Source of the DNA: Salpingoeca rosetta
Taxonomy: Eukaryota; Protista; Choanoflagellata
Length of the DNA stretch: 64,000 bases
Reading direction: 5' to 3'
Assembly (NCBI GenBank): GCA_033442325.1
Contig: JAWQFM010000026.1
Coordinates: forward strand, 675,138 to 739,137
The translations under genes and the position numbers were made by a program. The notes beneath the pieces were generated by a model. It was not told where the DNA came from. It saw only the letters and a program-made list of their open reading frames with translations, and ran no database searches. Positions 40,192-54,464 of the stretch are shown here, one piece after another. Numbering within the stretch: the first letter of the stretch is position 1; every line of letters begins with the position of its first letter.

Positions 40192-40748
40192 CTCTCACTC
40201 ACGCACACACACATACACACATTCATACGCATACGCGCTCGTGCCGCCAGCTGTGATGGACGAGCTGCGTGAGATTTCGGAGGCGGACGAGTGGCTGCGC
40301 TTATTCTTCAGCCGCCACAAACAGAAGGGCGTCGTGCCAGAGGTGCGCGCGTGTGTATGTGTGTATGTGTGTATGTGTGTGCGTGCTTGTGCGTACTTGT
40401 GTGTGTGTGCTTGTGTGTGCTTGTGCGTACTTGTGTATGTGTGTGTGTGCGTGGCGTATGTGTCTGTGCGTCGGCGTGTGATATGCGGCCGTGATATGTA
40501 CCACCGATGCATATTTTGTTCCCGCTTGCTCTTTCACGTGCAGCTCATGACGGTTTCGCCATTGTCCTCCCTGCCATTTGTTTCAGGGGATGGATCCGAC
40601 GACGTACATTGAGCACCTCATGTCGCGGGTAAGTGCTCGCATCATTTCGGGGAAGGGGGTAGGTGGTGGATGGCTGTGTTGAAGCGGTTGATGCCTGCCT
40701 CCTCTCCATTGTCTTGTGTAAACCCTTGTCTGGAGTATGCAAGCACAG

Positions 40749-40793
<45 letters not shown>

Positions 40794-41425
40794 GACAGAC
40801 ACACACACACGTAACCACCACTGACCATGCTGATTTGCCTCTGTGTGCTAGATGGAGGACCGGACAGAGGTGATTGAGCCGCTGTGCTGGCCGCTGCGAC
40901 ACACGTACGACGACAAGGAGCAGTTTGATCGCAGCAAGAAGCTGTCCATCCCCAACAGCATCCGCGACCAAGTCTTCTCCGGCGGAGGTGGGGCCACGCA
41001 TGGATGGAAGGATGATGTGGTGGTGGTGATGGTGATGATGATTGTATACCGCTGCTCCTTTCTGTGGTGCTGCTTGTAATGGTGGGGGTGGCCCCTTGAA
41101 CACACAAGGGCGTGAGGCGTGACTTGATGCCAGACATAGCTGGAATTGTGCACAAAGCTGTGTCCTTCTTGCTTCCCTCGCTTGCTATTTACTGCACTGC
41201 CTGTACCGGCCGCATTGCCTGCACATTGACTGCGCCGACCTTTACCACCACTCACTCATGTCGCCCGTCCCCACAGATGCGTACGATGTGAACCCTACGA
41301 TGATGGATCCCATGAACGCTTCCCTTGGTGAGCGCCCATTCTGCATTGCACACATGTACCCCTGTTACGTGCTATCCTCGCATTTTGCCCACTTCCCTCT
41401 TCTACTCCAACATCCTTGCTCGTCA

Positions 41426-41470
<45 letters not shown>

Positions 41471-41482
41471 ACACACACACAC

Positions 41483-41516
<34 letters not shown>

Positions 41517-44111
41517 CAAACAAACAAACAAACACACACACACACACGCACGCATGCACGCACACGCACACGCACAATTCATTGCTCTTCCTCCACAACT
41601 CAACCATCCGAATCACCCTTCCCTCTCCTCTCTCCTTCTGCCTTGACCCTACCCTCCCTCTGCACGTGTATCCCAGCGCTGCTTGGCGGGTACAAGAGTC
41701 CCTGGCGCGTTGCGGAGCAGCTGACGACGGTTGATCCTCTCAAGTACGACTACTATGAGAGCTGCATGAGTGCAACGGGGCCCCTCCTTAACCACATTGG
41801 CGCCGGCGGCCACCCGGTCACGCTGTGCGAGGACCTGTATCACTTTTGGCGGTTTCTCTCCGTGCGTACGCAGCGCTGCCTGGCCACCAAGCGCGTGCAG
41901 CTCAAGTTTGTTGTGGATGACCCCGTGACGCACTTTCGCAACCCGGTGTCCAACGACCCGCACAAGGTGCAGCGCATTGACCGCGTGGTGATGTCGAGTG
42001 TGCTCTCCTCGTCAGACTACCTGGAGATTCTCAGCACGTTTGAGCCGCTTGTGCGCAACAGCGCGCTTGGCGGGGTGTTCTGCGTGGCGGACCTCAACAG
42101 CGTGGCCTTCTTCAGCAGCGTGCGGCAGATGCTGCAGGGGTTTCTGTGCGTGGACGACAACCACCTCGATGTTGTGTTGCAGAAGCTGTTCAATGTGCGC
42201 CTCGTCACGACGCAGGTGCAGGCGCCGCACGTGTTCATCCCCACTGACCGCCGGCGCCAGTGGAACCAGCTGAGCGACTGGCCCGACGCCATCAAGGAGA
42301 CGCTGCGTGTGTTTGACCGCACGGGGGCGAGTGCCGGGCGCAATGCTGTCACATCTGCACTGGCCGCAGACAGCCGCAAGGCAAAGCAGCAGCAGCAGCA
42401 GCAGCAGCAGAAGGATAAGGGGCAGGGCGTCAAGGACAAGAGTGGTGGCGCAAAGGCAAAGGGAAACAGTGACGGCGGTGGTGGTGGTAGTGGTGATGAG
42501 AGCGGTAAAGGGAAGGACAAGGTGAAGGAGAACGGGGTGGCTTCCAACGGAAATAAGAAGAAGGCTGGTGGGAATGGGGGTGCAGATGGCAGCAGCGAAA
42601 ATGGTAGCGGTGGTGGTGATGGGAGTGGTGGTGCAAAGTCAAAGAAGAAGGGAAAGAAGGGGAAGCAAAACGGGGCATCTACAGGGGTGACTGGTGATGA
42701 CGGTGCTGGTGTTGCTGGTGGTGATGTCGATGATCCTCGTGTGAATGAAAAGGGGAAGAAGAAGGCGAAGAAGCAGTCAGATGGCGCAAAGAAGGACAGC
42801 GCCACCACCGCCCCATCAACATCATCATCATCAGCATCAGCATCATCATCAGCGCCCACCACTGCAGACATGTCGACGCCGCCGCTGCCGGCTGCGTTTG
42901 ACCAAGCGAGTGCAGCAGAGCTGGCGGAGACGGTTGGCAAAGCTGTGGAGGCGCTGCGGCTTCCCGGCGTGCATCCATTCTTCTCCCAGCAGACCACCAC
43001 CAACTTCCTGCTGCACATTCTCCTCAACTGCACGGCGCCGTCCTCTTTTATCCTGTCGTGCAACCTGGCGAGCTGGTTCCACTTTGTTGCCAAGCTGTGC
43101 GTGGAGGGCACGGTGTCGCGGCACTGGGTTGCCACGCTCATTGACAACATTGTGACATACCCGCACGTGATCAACACGACTGCGCTGCCCTTCAACGGCA
43201 GCACGCTCGGCGTTGGCCCCACCAACAAGCTCTCGCTGCGCCCAATTGTGACCGAGTTCCGCGCGCTGCTGCTGCTGTGGCTGGGCAAGGTGCCGTGCGT
43301 GTCTGTGCTGCCATCTGTCTCCTCTGAGCGGCTGGTGCGCGTGTTTGTGCGCTTCGATGACCTGGGCAACCTCTCTGTTGAAGACCACCGCGCTGCGCTC
43401 GCCCTTGTCATCTGCAAGGGCGCAAAGGCGGACACTGCCGAGGACCTGTCGGAGAAGATCAAGGCAGCGGTTGTGGATGCGTTTGAGGACGTGCACGCGG
43501 AGGAGGTGCCGCTGCCACCGGGCGCGGACGGCGCTGCGGACACGAAGGGAGGCAAGGGCGATGGCAGACAGGAGGAGGGCGGTGCTGGTAAAGGCGACAG
43601 TAGTGGCGGCAGCACGAAGACAACGTCAACAAAGACCACCACGAGCAAGGACGGGGCCACGAAGAAAACCACCACGACGACAACGACAACGACGACGACA
43701 ACAACCACCTCGAAGGGCGGTGCTGGTGTTGGCCCAGCAACGGCGGCATCAGCAGCGCAGTCGTGGGCGCTCAACCGTGCGAGGGGCTTCCCTGTCAGTT
43801 TGCAGGAGTACAGCAACATGTGGGGTGGCGACTGGGTGCGTGGTACGCTGCAATCGCAAACGGTTGCTCTGCCCGTTGGTGCGAGCGACACGCCCATCCA
43901 CCTGTTCTCGTGTTTGACGTACTGGGACCACGTGGTGAGCTGTCTCATGACCTTCAGTGCGTATCGTGACTTTGCGGGCAACGATGCGTATGAGCTTTGT
44001 CTGGCGCGTGCGGATGATCTGATGGTGTTGGGTCGTGGCGGCACGTTTGAGGACCGCAACTCTCGCATGCCATATCTGGACGAAGACCCGCTCCTGACGC
44101 CGCACCACTAG
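36743..44111 (+). CDS. TPR-repeat plus DUF4470-like domain protein, multi-exon, with a long last exon (about 41676-44111)
   Basis: TPRs [43 protein letters not shown]; DUF4470-like [29 protein letters not shown]; YDVNPTMMD. Confidence 0.72.
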
Positions 44112-44138
44112 TTCACGCTGCCGGGGTTGCTTTGGGAA

Positions 44139-44220
<82 letters not shown>

Positions 44221-44720
44221 TGACCTCGCAGTGATTGTGGTGGCCGTGGCAGTGGTGTTCGTGCCTGTGTTTCATCTCTCCTTTGTCCCTTCTTGTGTTG
44301 TTTCTCAAGCTTTGTGGGTATGTACGGACCGTTTCTTATCATGTGTGCGTGTGTACGTCACCTGTCCCAAACAGTAGACGATGCTGCTCTCTTTCCGTTG
44401 CCACACACTCGCTGGGTTGGAGCGTATATGCGGTTGGGTTGGTCAAATGTACACGGTGGTGGATGTTGAGGAGGGGAGGAAGAGAGAGAGAGAGCGAGCG
44501 ATAGAACGGGAGACGGATGAGAGAGAGAGAGGGGGGGGGGGAGAAGGGCAGACAGACACAGAGACACATAATGACACACACACACACAGACACACACTAC
44601 GCACACACACACACACACACTACACACACACACACCACGCACACACACACACACACACTACACACACACACACACTACACACACACACACACACACACAC
44701 ACTACGCACACACACACACT

Positions 44721-44767
<47 letters not shown>

Positions 44768-44770
<3 letters not shown>

Positions 44771-46348
44771 CACGTTAACAACAGATACGGTTCTGGTGGG
44801 GAGGTGAACGTCTTTGGGGCCGGACGGCAACCTGACAAACACTTCCCCTTGCACTGTCACGGCGGCATATGCCTTGTCTGCAAGCCACGTAATGCCTGAT
44901 ATGTTGCCGTCGAACGGGCCTTCTGTTGGCGTCGTTGGTGACAGGGACGCCGGGTCAAGTGCAAAGGCATACTTCTTCTCGCACCCGGCCAGCACGGTGC
45001 TGTCGAGGGGCGAGATGGCAAGTGCTGTGATGCGGCCGACGGAGTCACTCGTGCCCGCTGCCGTCGCCGCAAAGCCTTGCTCCTGCGTGAACCCTTGCTT
45101 GATGTCGTAGACGAGACGCAGCACCATCTGGTCGTTCATCTCCGTGTCGCACGCAAATTGGTCGAGCCCAACGTAGAGGGAGCATTGTGGCCCGGCGGCG
45201 AGGTGGCTGATGGACCAGCGCTGGTCACGCGAGTAGTCAAACGACACCCGCATGTCCTTGAGCGGGTCACCTTTGCTCGACCACAGCCGCAGCCGTTGGT
45301 CGGCGGCGGTGATGATGATGATGCCGTCGGGGACACCGGCTGCACCCGTGATGTGTGCCGTTGCGTCGATGCACGCGCCGTGCTCCCGCTTGCGGTTGCC
45401 GTCCTCGGTCCAGAAGACGAGCTTGCCCGTGTTGTCGCCGGAGACGAAGAGGGACGGGGAGACGACCTCGATGGCGGTGATGGCGCGCTGATGCGCATCG
45501 AAGCGGGTGGGGTGGTCGTAGTCTTGGATGTCCCACAGCGCAAGGCCGCCGCCCTCATCCGCGGTGGCCAGGTAGCCATCCGCGAGCCACTTGACCACGG
45601 AGATGGCGGAGTTGTGCAGGTGGAGGGAGCGAACGCAGGTGAGGTCGACGGGGTTCCACACCTTGACGGTGCAGTCCTTGCTGCCAGATGCAAGGTAGCT
45701 GCCTGTGGCGCCCAACGCAGTAACGCCAGCCAGGTGGCCATACAGGCGATGCACGCTCACATCGTCTGTACGGCGGTGAACGGGGTTCGTGGAGTCAGAG
45801 AGGAGTGAGGGAGGAGAGGGTGGAGTGAGTTGGAGTTGGGGAGGAAGGGGGTGAGGGGTGAGGACGGGAAGGGGGAGAAACAAGTGGAAGGGCGGACAGG
45901 TGGAAGGATAGAGGGATGGAGATGCACAGGGATGGAGACATACACACAGACACACCTGCACCCAGATACACAGATACACACACAGACACACAGACACAGG
46001 AACAGACACACATGGACACAGATACACAGACACACACACAGACACACACACATACACACAGACACACAGATACACAGACACACATACACACATACACACA
46101 CCTGATGGGTCAGCGGCTGGTGGGACTGGGAGCCGACACACAAAGACAACAGGGTGATAGTTGCCAGCAACCGCAAACGCATGGCCATCTTGCAGCGTTG
46201 CAATGCAATGCAAGCTGCGTGGTGCGCCCTCAATATCGTCCTGTGCTAGGTCCACAGCGCCCCCAACAACCCCAACCTGCTGCTGCTGCGCCTGCTGTTG
46301 TTGCCCTTGAGGGCCGTCATCCAGCACCACCACACTGCTGTCCATCAT
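44768..46348 (-). CDS. WD40-repeat protein; exons 46348-46102 and 45765-44768
   Basis: LYGHLAGVTAL..LASGSKDCTVKVWN, LATADEGGGLALWD, AHQRAITAI..FVSGDNTGKLVFW and DQRLRLWS. Confidence 0.85.
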
Positions 46349-47082
46349 CGTGTGTGAAACGTGCGGTTTGTTTGTTTGTGCACTGTCGTTGCTTGTTCGT
46401 GTTGCTGCTGCTGTTAGAGAGTTGGGAGAACTCACTAAGATTTATGGTGTTCTGGGAGAAGCCCAGCAGGAACAAAGGAATTGTCTCATCACGAGACTTA
46501 CGAGCCTACACGTCAAGTGACCAGAATGGTTTGGTTCACTCATGGTCATACACGTCGGAGACCAAGTGAATGTGTGACTTACCCTGCCATGAGCGAACTG
46601 ATACTGTGTTGCGTATTCATTCTTCCAACCAGTGTATTCCCTACCACAACTCGTACGGCAATAGCTTTCTGCCCCAACCAATACAAACCATCGACTACAG
46701 CGATCACGATCATTGTCACACACACCTACAACGTGAGGAGGGACACACTGCATATTTCACGTTGACAGCTGCTGTTGGTTGTTGGTTCCTGCTGCTTGAT
46801 TTGACTGGTGACAGTGCGGTGACGGCAACGCAAGCTCTCTACTACGAATGAAGACGAGGGGAAGCAGCGAGGGGTTGGGAGGGAGCATGGGGGGGGGGAA
46901 TGGTGGTTCAAGGTAGCATGGGAAAGAGGGAGGGGGATATCCAACAAGGGCAGGGCGGGAACGAACCAAGCGCACAGACAGTCACACACACACACACGCA
47001 CGCATGCAAAGGAAGGAACGAAGGGAGAGACAAGGATGGGGGAAGGGAGGGGAAGAAGGAAGCAAGAAGGGCGCCACTGCTC

Positions 47083-47157
47083 TCAGTCCAGCTTGAGGTT
47101 CTTGTAAATACGATACACAAACACGCTGCTGCCAGCGTACCCAAACGTACCTGTGGA

Positions 47158-47227
<70 letters not shown>

Positions 47228-47736
47228 TGAATGCAACTGCAACCCGCATACCGCTGCGATGACAGCGATTGCCCTAAGCATACACACAACACACAGAGAC
47301 AGACACAGAGAGGCACGCACACCCCCGTGCTGTTGTTCCCACCACCGAAACTGCAAACACACCCGGCCACCACCCCTCCCCCCTCTTCAAAGCACGAGCA
47401 ACACTTGCGGGACTCACCACACATGAGGCCGACGACGAGGGCAAACAGCGCGCTGTAGCCAAAGTAGAAGGTCGTCTGGAAGGCGCCCGACATCTTGGTC
47501 TTCATCACATAGTAGTAGAACGAGTACATGTACACATACAGCGCCACTGACGCGCCCGAGAGGAACGCCGTCCAGTGCCACCGGTAGTCCTGAACATGTG
47601 CGGGTTGGAGAGGTGGTGGTGGTGGTGTGAAGCGGAGCGAAGGGAAGGGGATGGGGTGCGCGTGAGGCTACAGCGGGGAGAATGAGAGGGCAAACAAAAC
47701 GCATCCACCACAAACACGAGCCAGAACAACACACGC

Positions 47737-47769
<33 letters not shown>

Positions 47770-47827
47770 TACAATCACACACAAACACTAACACTCACAC
47801 ACACACACACACACACACACACTAACA

Positions 47828-47863
<36 letters not shown>

Positions 47864-48684
47864 CACTCACACAAAAAAAAGACACAAAGCCAATACACGT
47901 CCACCCCCTTCCCAACACCCAAATCACACACAGCGAGCACGCTGACCTCGCTGTTGAGGAGAAAGTATGTGCAGACGACGGTGACGCAGACGGTGACAAT
48001 GGTGAGGATGAGGAAGACAAGGAGCATAAAGCCGTACACGTAGTACACCTTGTACGCCCAAAACGAGGTGAACACAAAGTAAATCTCAATGAAGATGGAG
48101 CCAAAGGGGAGGAGGCCGCCAAGCAGGCTGATGACCCAGCGGTGCATGAACCACTTCTTCTCCGGGATGGGCCGGGGCACGGGGTTGATGCGGCAGGGAA
48201 TGTCCATGGTGCCAGCAAGGTTGCGCCCGAGCACGGCGCCGACCAGCGTCAGCGGCAGCACCACAAACAGCCAAATGCACACAACCACCAGCTGCAGGTG
48301 CGGTTTGGTTGGACAGAGGTGGAGAGGTGGGGGAGGGGGCATGTGAGAGGCGTTGTGCAACATGGTGGAATTGGAAAGATCGCAGTTTGCAGAAACAAGG
48401 AAGGGCATGGCACACAGAGCGGGTGGATCAACCCGATTCACACAGACACAGGCACAGACACCGACATCGACATCGACACACACACACACACACGCGCGCA
48501 TGGTGCGCTGACCATTGTGGTGAACGGGATGGCGCGAGAGGCGTTGTAGTAGATGGCGACAAAGTTGACGAGCAGAATGGCAGTGCTGACAACAGCCGGC
48601 ATGAGCAGCGCGCTCAGTAGCGTCTGCTTGATCCACTGCGTGCCTGCAGGCATTGTAGAGGGAGTGGTTGGATGCGGGTATTTG

Positions 48685-48772
<88 letters not shown>

Positions 48773-48846
48773 TGGTGCGTGCACGGCAATGCGTGTGAGT
48801 ATGAGCAGGTCGAGGCGAGGATGATGCTCCAGCAAACGCATGCTCG

Positions 48847-48887
<41 letters not shown>

Positions 48888-49133
48888 TTGAGGCGGGCGT
48901 AGAGGCCACCGCCAAAGTAGCCGTTGACCGGGGACGTGGCGGCATACACGAAGATGGCCGTTGTCAACACAGACCCGCGCCTACGGAGCAACACGCACAT
49001 GGAAAGAGTGGTTGTTGTGGCTGTTGCAGTGAGCTAAAGGTGACGCTCTGAAGCAAGAGCAACAAACGCAGCAAGAGGAGCGCGCGCACACACCCACACA
49101 CACACACAAACACACACACACACACACCCACAG

Positions 49134-49173
<40 letters not shown>

Positions 49174-50201
49174 ACAGGCACACGCAGAGATGTTTTCTCT
49201 GACACCGCCGCCCAGATTTTCCGTCGGGCCAAAGCAAGAGCAACGCACTCTGTGTAGAGGTCACCCATGATAACAAAGAGGATGACGCAGAGGGCGACAA
49301 AGGCAATCTGGTAGCCCGTGCCCACGAGCGCAGAGAAGAGCATGACGTTGTCTGGCGGCCGGAACACGTCTCCGTGCACCTGCTTCCACCCGTACTCGTC
49401 CCCAAGGTCCCGCTCCTGCACACACATACACACACACACAACAGCCGTGCAGGTCGGAACAAGGGGAAGGAGGGGAAGACAAGAAGTAGCACATATGGGT
49501 GAAAGGGAGGGCATGTGAGATATGGTAGTGGTGGAGGTGGTGGTGCATGATCACACAAGGCAACGCGCCAGGAAAACAACACCCAAGGCTGTATCCTCCA
49601 CCATCTTCACACCAAGCACGTCCACGCATCAAACCTTACACCTCTCACACACACCTCACGCACACACGCAAACACACACCTCACACGCACACCCCTCACA
49701 CACACACACATACACAACACAGCACTCAGCTGGGGTGGCCACTGACAATGTCGTCGAGCTCGTTGTCTTTGCTGTAGCGAACAAAGTCCTTGCGCAGGGT
49801 GCGCATGAGGATCATGGTGACGAGGCCAACAAGGAAGATGACCATCATGAAGCTGTTGAAGATGGAAAACCAGTGGATCTGCAGCAAACAGTGGTTTGTG
49901 CGCGCGTACGTGTGCGAGTGTGCACGTGCGAGTGTGAGGGGCCGGCGAAAAACACGCTGCGCCATGCATGAATTGCATGCAATGTACACCTTAAACGCAC
50001 ACACACACACACACAGAAGCCAATCTCGCGGTGGACGCACCCTGTGCTGAAAGAAGTGGGGGTCGAGGTACTTGTCAAAGCGCTTGTCAAACGACACCTT
50101 CGACTGCTTGAAGTTGACCTGCAGCGCACATGTACAAGGGAGGAAGAGAAAGGGATGGGCTTTGGTGAGTTTACACACGGCCCCAACACACAAACACAAA
50201 T

Positions 50202-50233
<32 letters not shown>

Positions 50234-51727
50234 CCACCCACCCACACATAACTCCCCCCTCCAAACACACACGAACCTCGTATGTAAAGTGGAGGGTGAT
50301 GCCTGGCTTGAGCGGCACGCGCTTGCCCGTGGTGACGTTGACGTCCACAATGCGGTTGCCATTGACGCCGACATCAAACTTTTTGTGCGTCCAGATGAAC
50401 ATTGTGTCGGTGCTGCGCTCCTTGTCGTTGTGACCGGCGCCAAAGTCACCCACCAGCGCCCACATGGGCAGGTCGTCCAGATACATCTGGTACCTGCGGG
50501 GATGGAAGAGGTGTGTGGTATGGTGTGGCAGGGTTGAGAGCAAGTACAAGCGTGATGTGGCGCCGACGCAGGACGTCGCTTGGCACGCACACCGGAGAAG
50601 GGGCAAGTAGACGGCTCACACGTATACAGACAGACAGGCAGGCAGATAGACACACAAACCACACACAGGTACACACACACACACACACACACAAACGATG
50701 CGCACCAGTAGTGGTTCTTGATGGCGTAGCGGAACGCCTTGTACTTCTTCTCTGTGAGCTCCACAGAGCAGAACTCGGTTGTTGGCACATTGACTGCAAA
50801 TGAAACGACCCATGCCGCAGCACAGCAGGTAAGAGGGTGAGATCAAACCATGGGTTGAAGGAGAAGAATGAGACCCCTCAAGATGATGGACGATGTCCTC
50901 AGCTGACACACACACACACATCCACACACGCACACACACACACACACACACGAGCATGCACGCATGCTGGCATCAGCAACTTACTGCCAAACTTCATGTC
51001 CAGGCCGCTGAACTGGAGGGACACACCCTACAATTGACGAAGACACAAGCAACCACATGCAAACGGGCAGAAAGGATGCCAGGTATGAGCGTGGAAAATG
51101 TTTGTAGCGCATACCAGGAGCAAGAACAAGAACAACAACAACAACAACAACAACGACGACAACAACAAGAACAACAACAGCACGTCGAAGAAGGAGAAGG
51201 AGAATAAAGAGGCAAGGTTTCATGCAGGTGTGCGAGCTGGATTGGGTACCTGAAGGTTTTCGCCGATGGTTTCGTGGTGATGTGAGATGGCCTTCTTTGG
51301 GCCTTTGCAGAACGGCAGGGTAAAGAACGAGTACGTTTCTTGTCGGTTATGGTACGGTCCAACTGTGTTCATCCAAAGCACGAGCTCCTCGCCGTGATCG
51401 TACTGTGTGTGCCATGCATGTGAGTGTATGCGCGTGCGCGTGAGTGCAGGTGTGGGAGTGGGAGTGCGTGCGCATGAGTTGGTGTGGGGACGCAACAAGA
51501 CCAACAACGGCTGCTGGTGTGCTTCATCTCCAAAATCAGCTCCGCTTCACGCCTTCCAAATCATCTGCAACAAGCACAACACAGCACAGGACGAATGAAC
51601 CACACCCACACACCTACATGCACACACACACGCACACCTTGTGATCGTGCTCATCTGCGATGGCAGGGCTGCAGCACAGCGCAGCCACAAGTGCTAGCGC
51701 CACGATCCACGCCGAAGCTGCCGCCAT
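47083..51727 (-). CDS. TM9SF3: Transmembrane 9 superfamily member 3 (nonaspanin), multi-exon
   Basis: Signal peptide then DEHDH; [16 protein letters not shown]; [20 protein letters not shown]; [16 protein letters not shown]; [31 protein letters not shown]; C-terminal KLD (KxD/E motif). Confidence 0.95.
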
Positions 51728-52598
51728 GGTTGTGTCTCTGTGTGGATGTGTTGTTGGATGTGTTGTTGGTGCTGATGCACGCTCTCTCGCGCCCGGTCAA
51801 CACTTGTGCGCGCGCTCTCTCACACACTCACACACACTCTCTCTGACTGTCGCGCTGTCAGGCGAGTCCTTGTTCAGCGTGTGTTGTGTTGGTGCAGCAG
51901 GGGCACTCTGCAAGGTCGTGGTTCTGCCACAGCCCAGCGCAGCCAATCAAACAAGCAGCGCTGTCGATATCAGCCAACACAGCAGCAGTAGTTGTCTCGT
52001 CCCTGTCTTCCTCTGTCTTTGGCTGAACGGTTTCGGTTTTGTGTGGTAAATTGGGAGTGCGTTTGTGGTTCCGGGCGTCTTTCGCAGGTTTTCTGTCGCC
52101 CGGACCGGGTGTGTGAGGTGCCCTGTACTTGCTCAGTCGCCCCCTCCTCATGCTCGAAGCGTGGCTGGAGCACTGAAAATCGGGCTTCAGCGATTCGGTC
52201 GATTCACCCAAAACTCCAACAGATTCTCCGCCTGCTCGTTTTTCGCGGCAACAGGCACGTCCCAAAAACCGTCGCCCTTCTTCTCTGTCTGCGCACGCAC
52301 ACAAGCAACAAGGCGAACAAGAAGACAAGCAAGGCGCGCAGACAGTTGCTCTTTCCGCCACATCACACACACACACACACACACACGCACAGCGCCGAGC
52401 ACACAGGGGAGCATCCTCAGACACAGAGACAGAGTCTCGACTTGCAGTTGCAGGCAGTCAGCTTCTTCTTGTGGTTTTGTGTCTCTGCTTACCCGCAGTC
52501 ACAACAGCAGCCAAAGCAGTTGCACGTCATCACGCTTGCGTGAACTGAGACAGCGAGAGAGACGAGGACAGCGGAAACCGCATCCGTCCATCGACACA

Positions 52599-52673
<75 letters not shown>

Positions 52674-52713
52674 CACACACACAGAGTCCATCACCACTCA
52701 CCTCACCGGCATC

Positions 52714-54406
52714 ATGGGAGATCGGTTGTTTGACTACAAGAACAAAGGCAAGGCCGGCGAGCACCGCGGCAAGCGCCGTGAGTTTGCCGTGTCCCTGCGC
52801 AAGGACAAGAGGCGCGAGAAGCAGGAGAAGCGCCGTGACTTGGAGGAGTTCCAGCAGCAGGTGGAGCAGTTCACGCAAACAGACGTGGGTCAGGCCATCC
52901 TTCAATTGGCGCCACAAATCCAGAACGACCTCGATCAGAGCACACAGTTTGCTGCGCTCGTGCAGCTGCGGAAGCACCTCGCCAACAACAAAACCCTGCC
53001 CATCCAGGCCACCATCAAGTGTGTATGCGAGCGCACGCATGCGCTGTTGTGCGCTTTGTGAGAAGAGAAGGGATGGGCGCTTTGTGGGAGCTTTAAGCGC
53101 GATGGATGGTGGGAGGGGGAAGGCTGTGTGCGCTGGGCATGCTTGCGCAGCAGCTGTTGCGTTTTGTGTGTCATGACGTGTGCATCTTGTGCGTGTTCTC
53201 ACCTCTTCAACCATCACCGGTGTTGCGACCACAGCTCTGGCGTGCTGCCGAAGATGGTGGAAATGCTTGGGTGGGATCATGCCCCTGACACACAATACGA
53301 GGCTGCTTGGGTCCTCACCAACGTATCCTCCGGCGAGCCACACCAGGTTTGTGCATGTGCACGTGTGTGCATGTGCACGTGTGCGTGCGCGTGCGTGCAT
53401 GCTCGTGTGTTTGGCGCCAGCTCACTCGCTTGTTCCTTGACCGTTGGTTCTCGTTTCCCCTTCCTCTTTGGCTGTCAGACCATGTCCGTTGTGGAGGCTG
53501 GAGCAGCACAGCCGCTGTGCCGATTGCTGCTGTCACCCATTGACCGTGTGAAGGATCAGGCGTGCTGGTGTCTCGGCAACGTGGCTGGTGATGGCGCGGA
53601 TCTCCGCGACATGCTCATTGAAGAGGGTGCACTCAACCAATTTATCATCATGCTCGGCGAGGAGACAAACCTGGTACAAATCTGTGTGCATGGTGTGTGC
53701 GTGTGTGAGTGTGATTATGTACCTGTGTGTGTGTGTGTGCTTATGTACCTGTGTGCGTGTGCTTATGTACCTGTGTGCGTACCTGTGTGTGTGTGTGTGC
53801 TCCTGTTTGTGATTGTGCTTTTCTTCCGCCTCAAACACACCAAAAACACAGCACAACACAACCCATGCCATCCCACCACACCCCGCTAACACCATCAACG
53901 GTTCCTTGTTTCTGCTTTTTTGCCGTTGCCTCGGCTTGCTTCAGGACATTTTGCGAAACGTGTCGTGGACACTGTCCAACTTCTTCAGGTGGCGCAACCC
54001 CCCTGCGCCAGCAGAGGCCATGCAGCAGGTGAGCGCCTGTACTGGTTTCTGGTGTGCACGCGATGACCAGGAATGCGATGAGCTGGTGCTCCTCGTGCGT
54101 GCTTCAACTCACCCCCTTGTGTTGCGCTTGGTTTTGCTGCATAACGTCACGTGCGACGCAGGCGCTGCCCGTGCTTGCCCACCGCGTTCGCACACAGGAC
54201 CCGGAGGTGCTCGCAAACGTCTGCTGGTCAAGTAAGTGTTGCTCGCAATGCGCGTGTCCAGATTGCTTGATTTAATGATAGCACCTTCTTGTTGGCTGAG
54301 AGTAAACGTTCCCATTTGTTGGACCCACGTTCCCCTGACAATTGTTGCCTCCTCTCTCGGCCCTCTTCTTTTCGACCCTCGTCGTCGTCGTTGTTGTTGC
54401 TGCTGC

Positions 54407-54464
<58 letters not shown>

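Noticed and set aside
44575-44770. Regularly interrupted repeat resembling a CRISPR array
   Set aside because: Degenerate (CA)n with CTAC interruptions, no unique spacers, eukaryotic context
47785-47870. Three ACTAAC branch-point-like motifs in a tandem repeat
   Set aside because: They lie on the strand opposite TM9SF3 transcription and are explained as a CA-derived minisatellite
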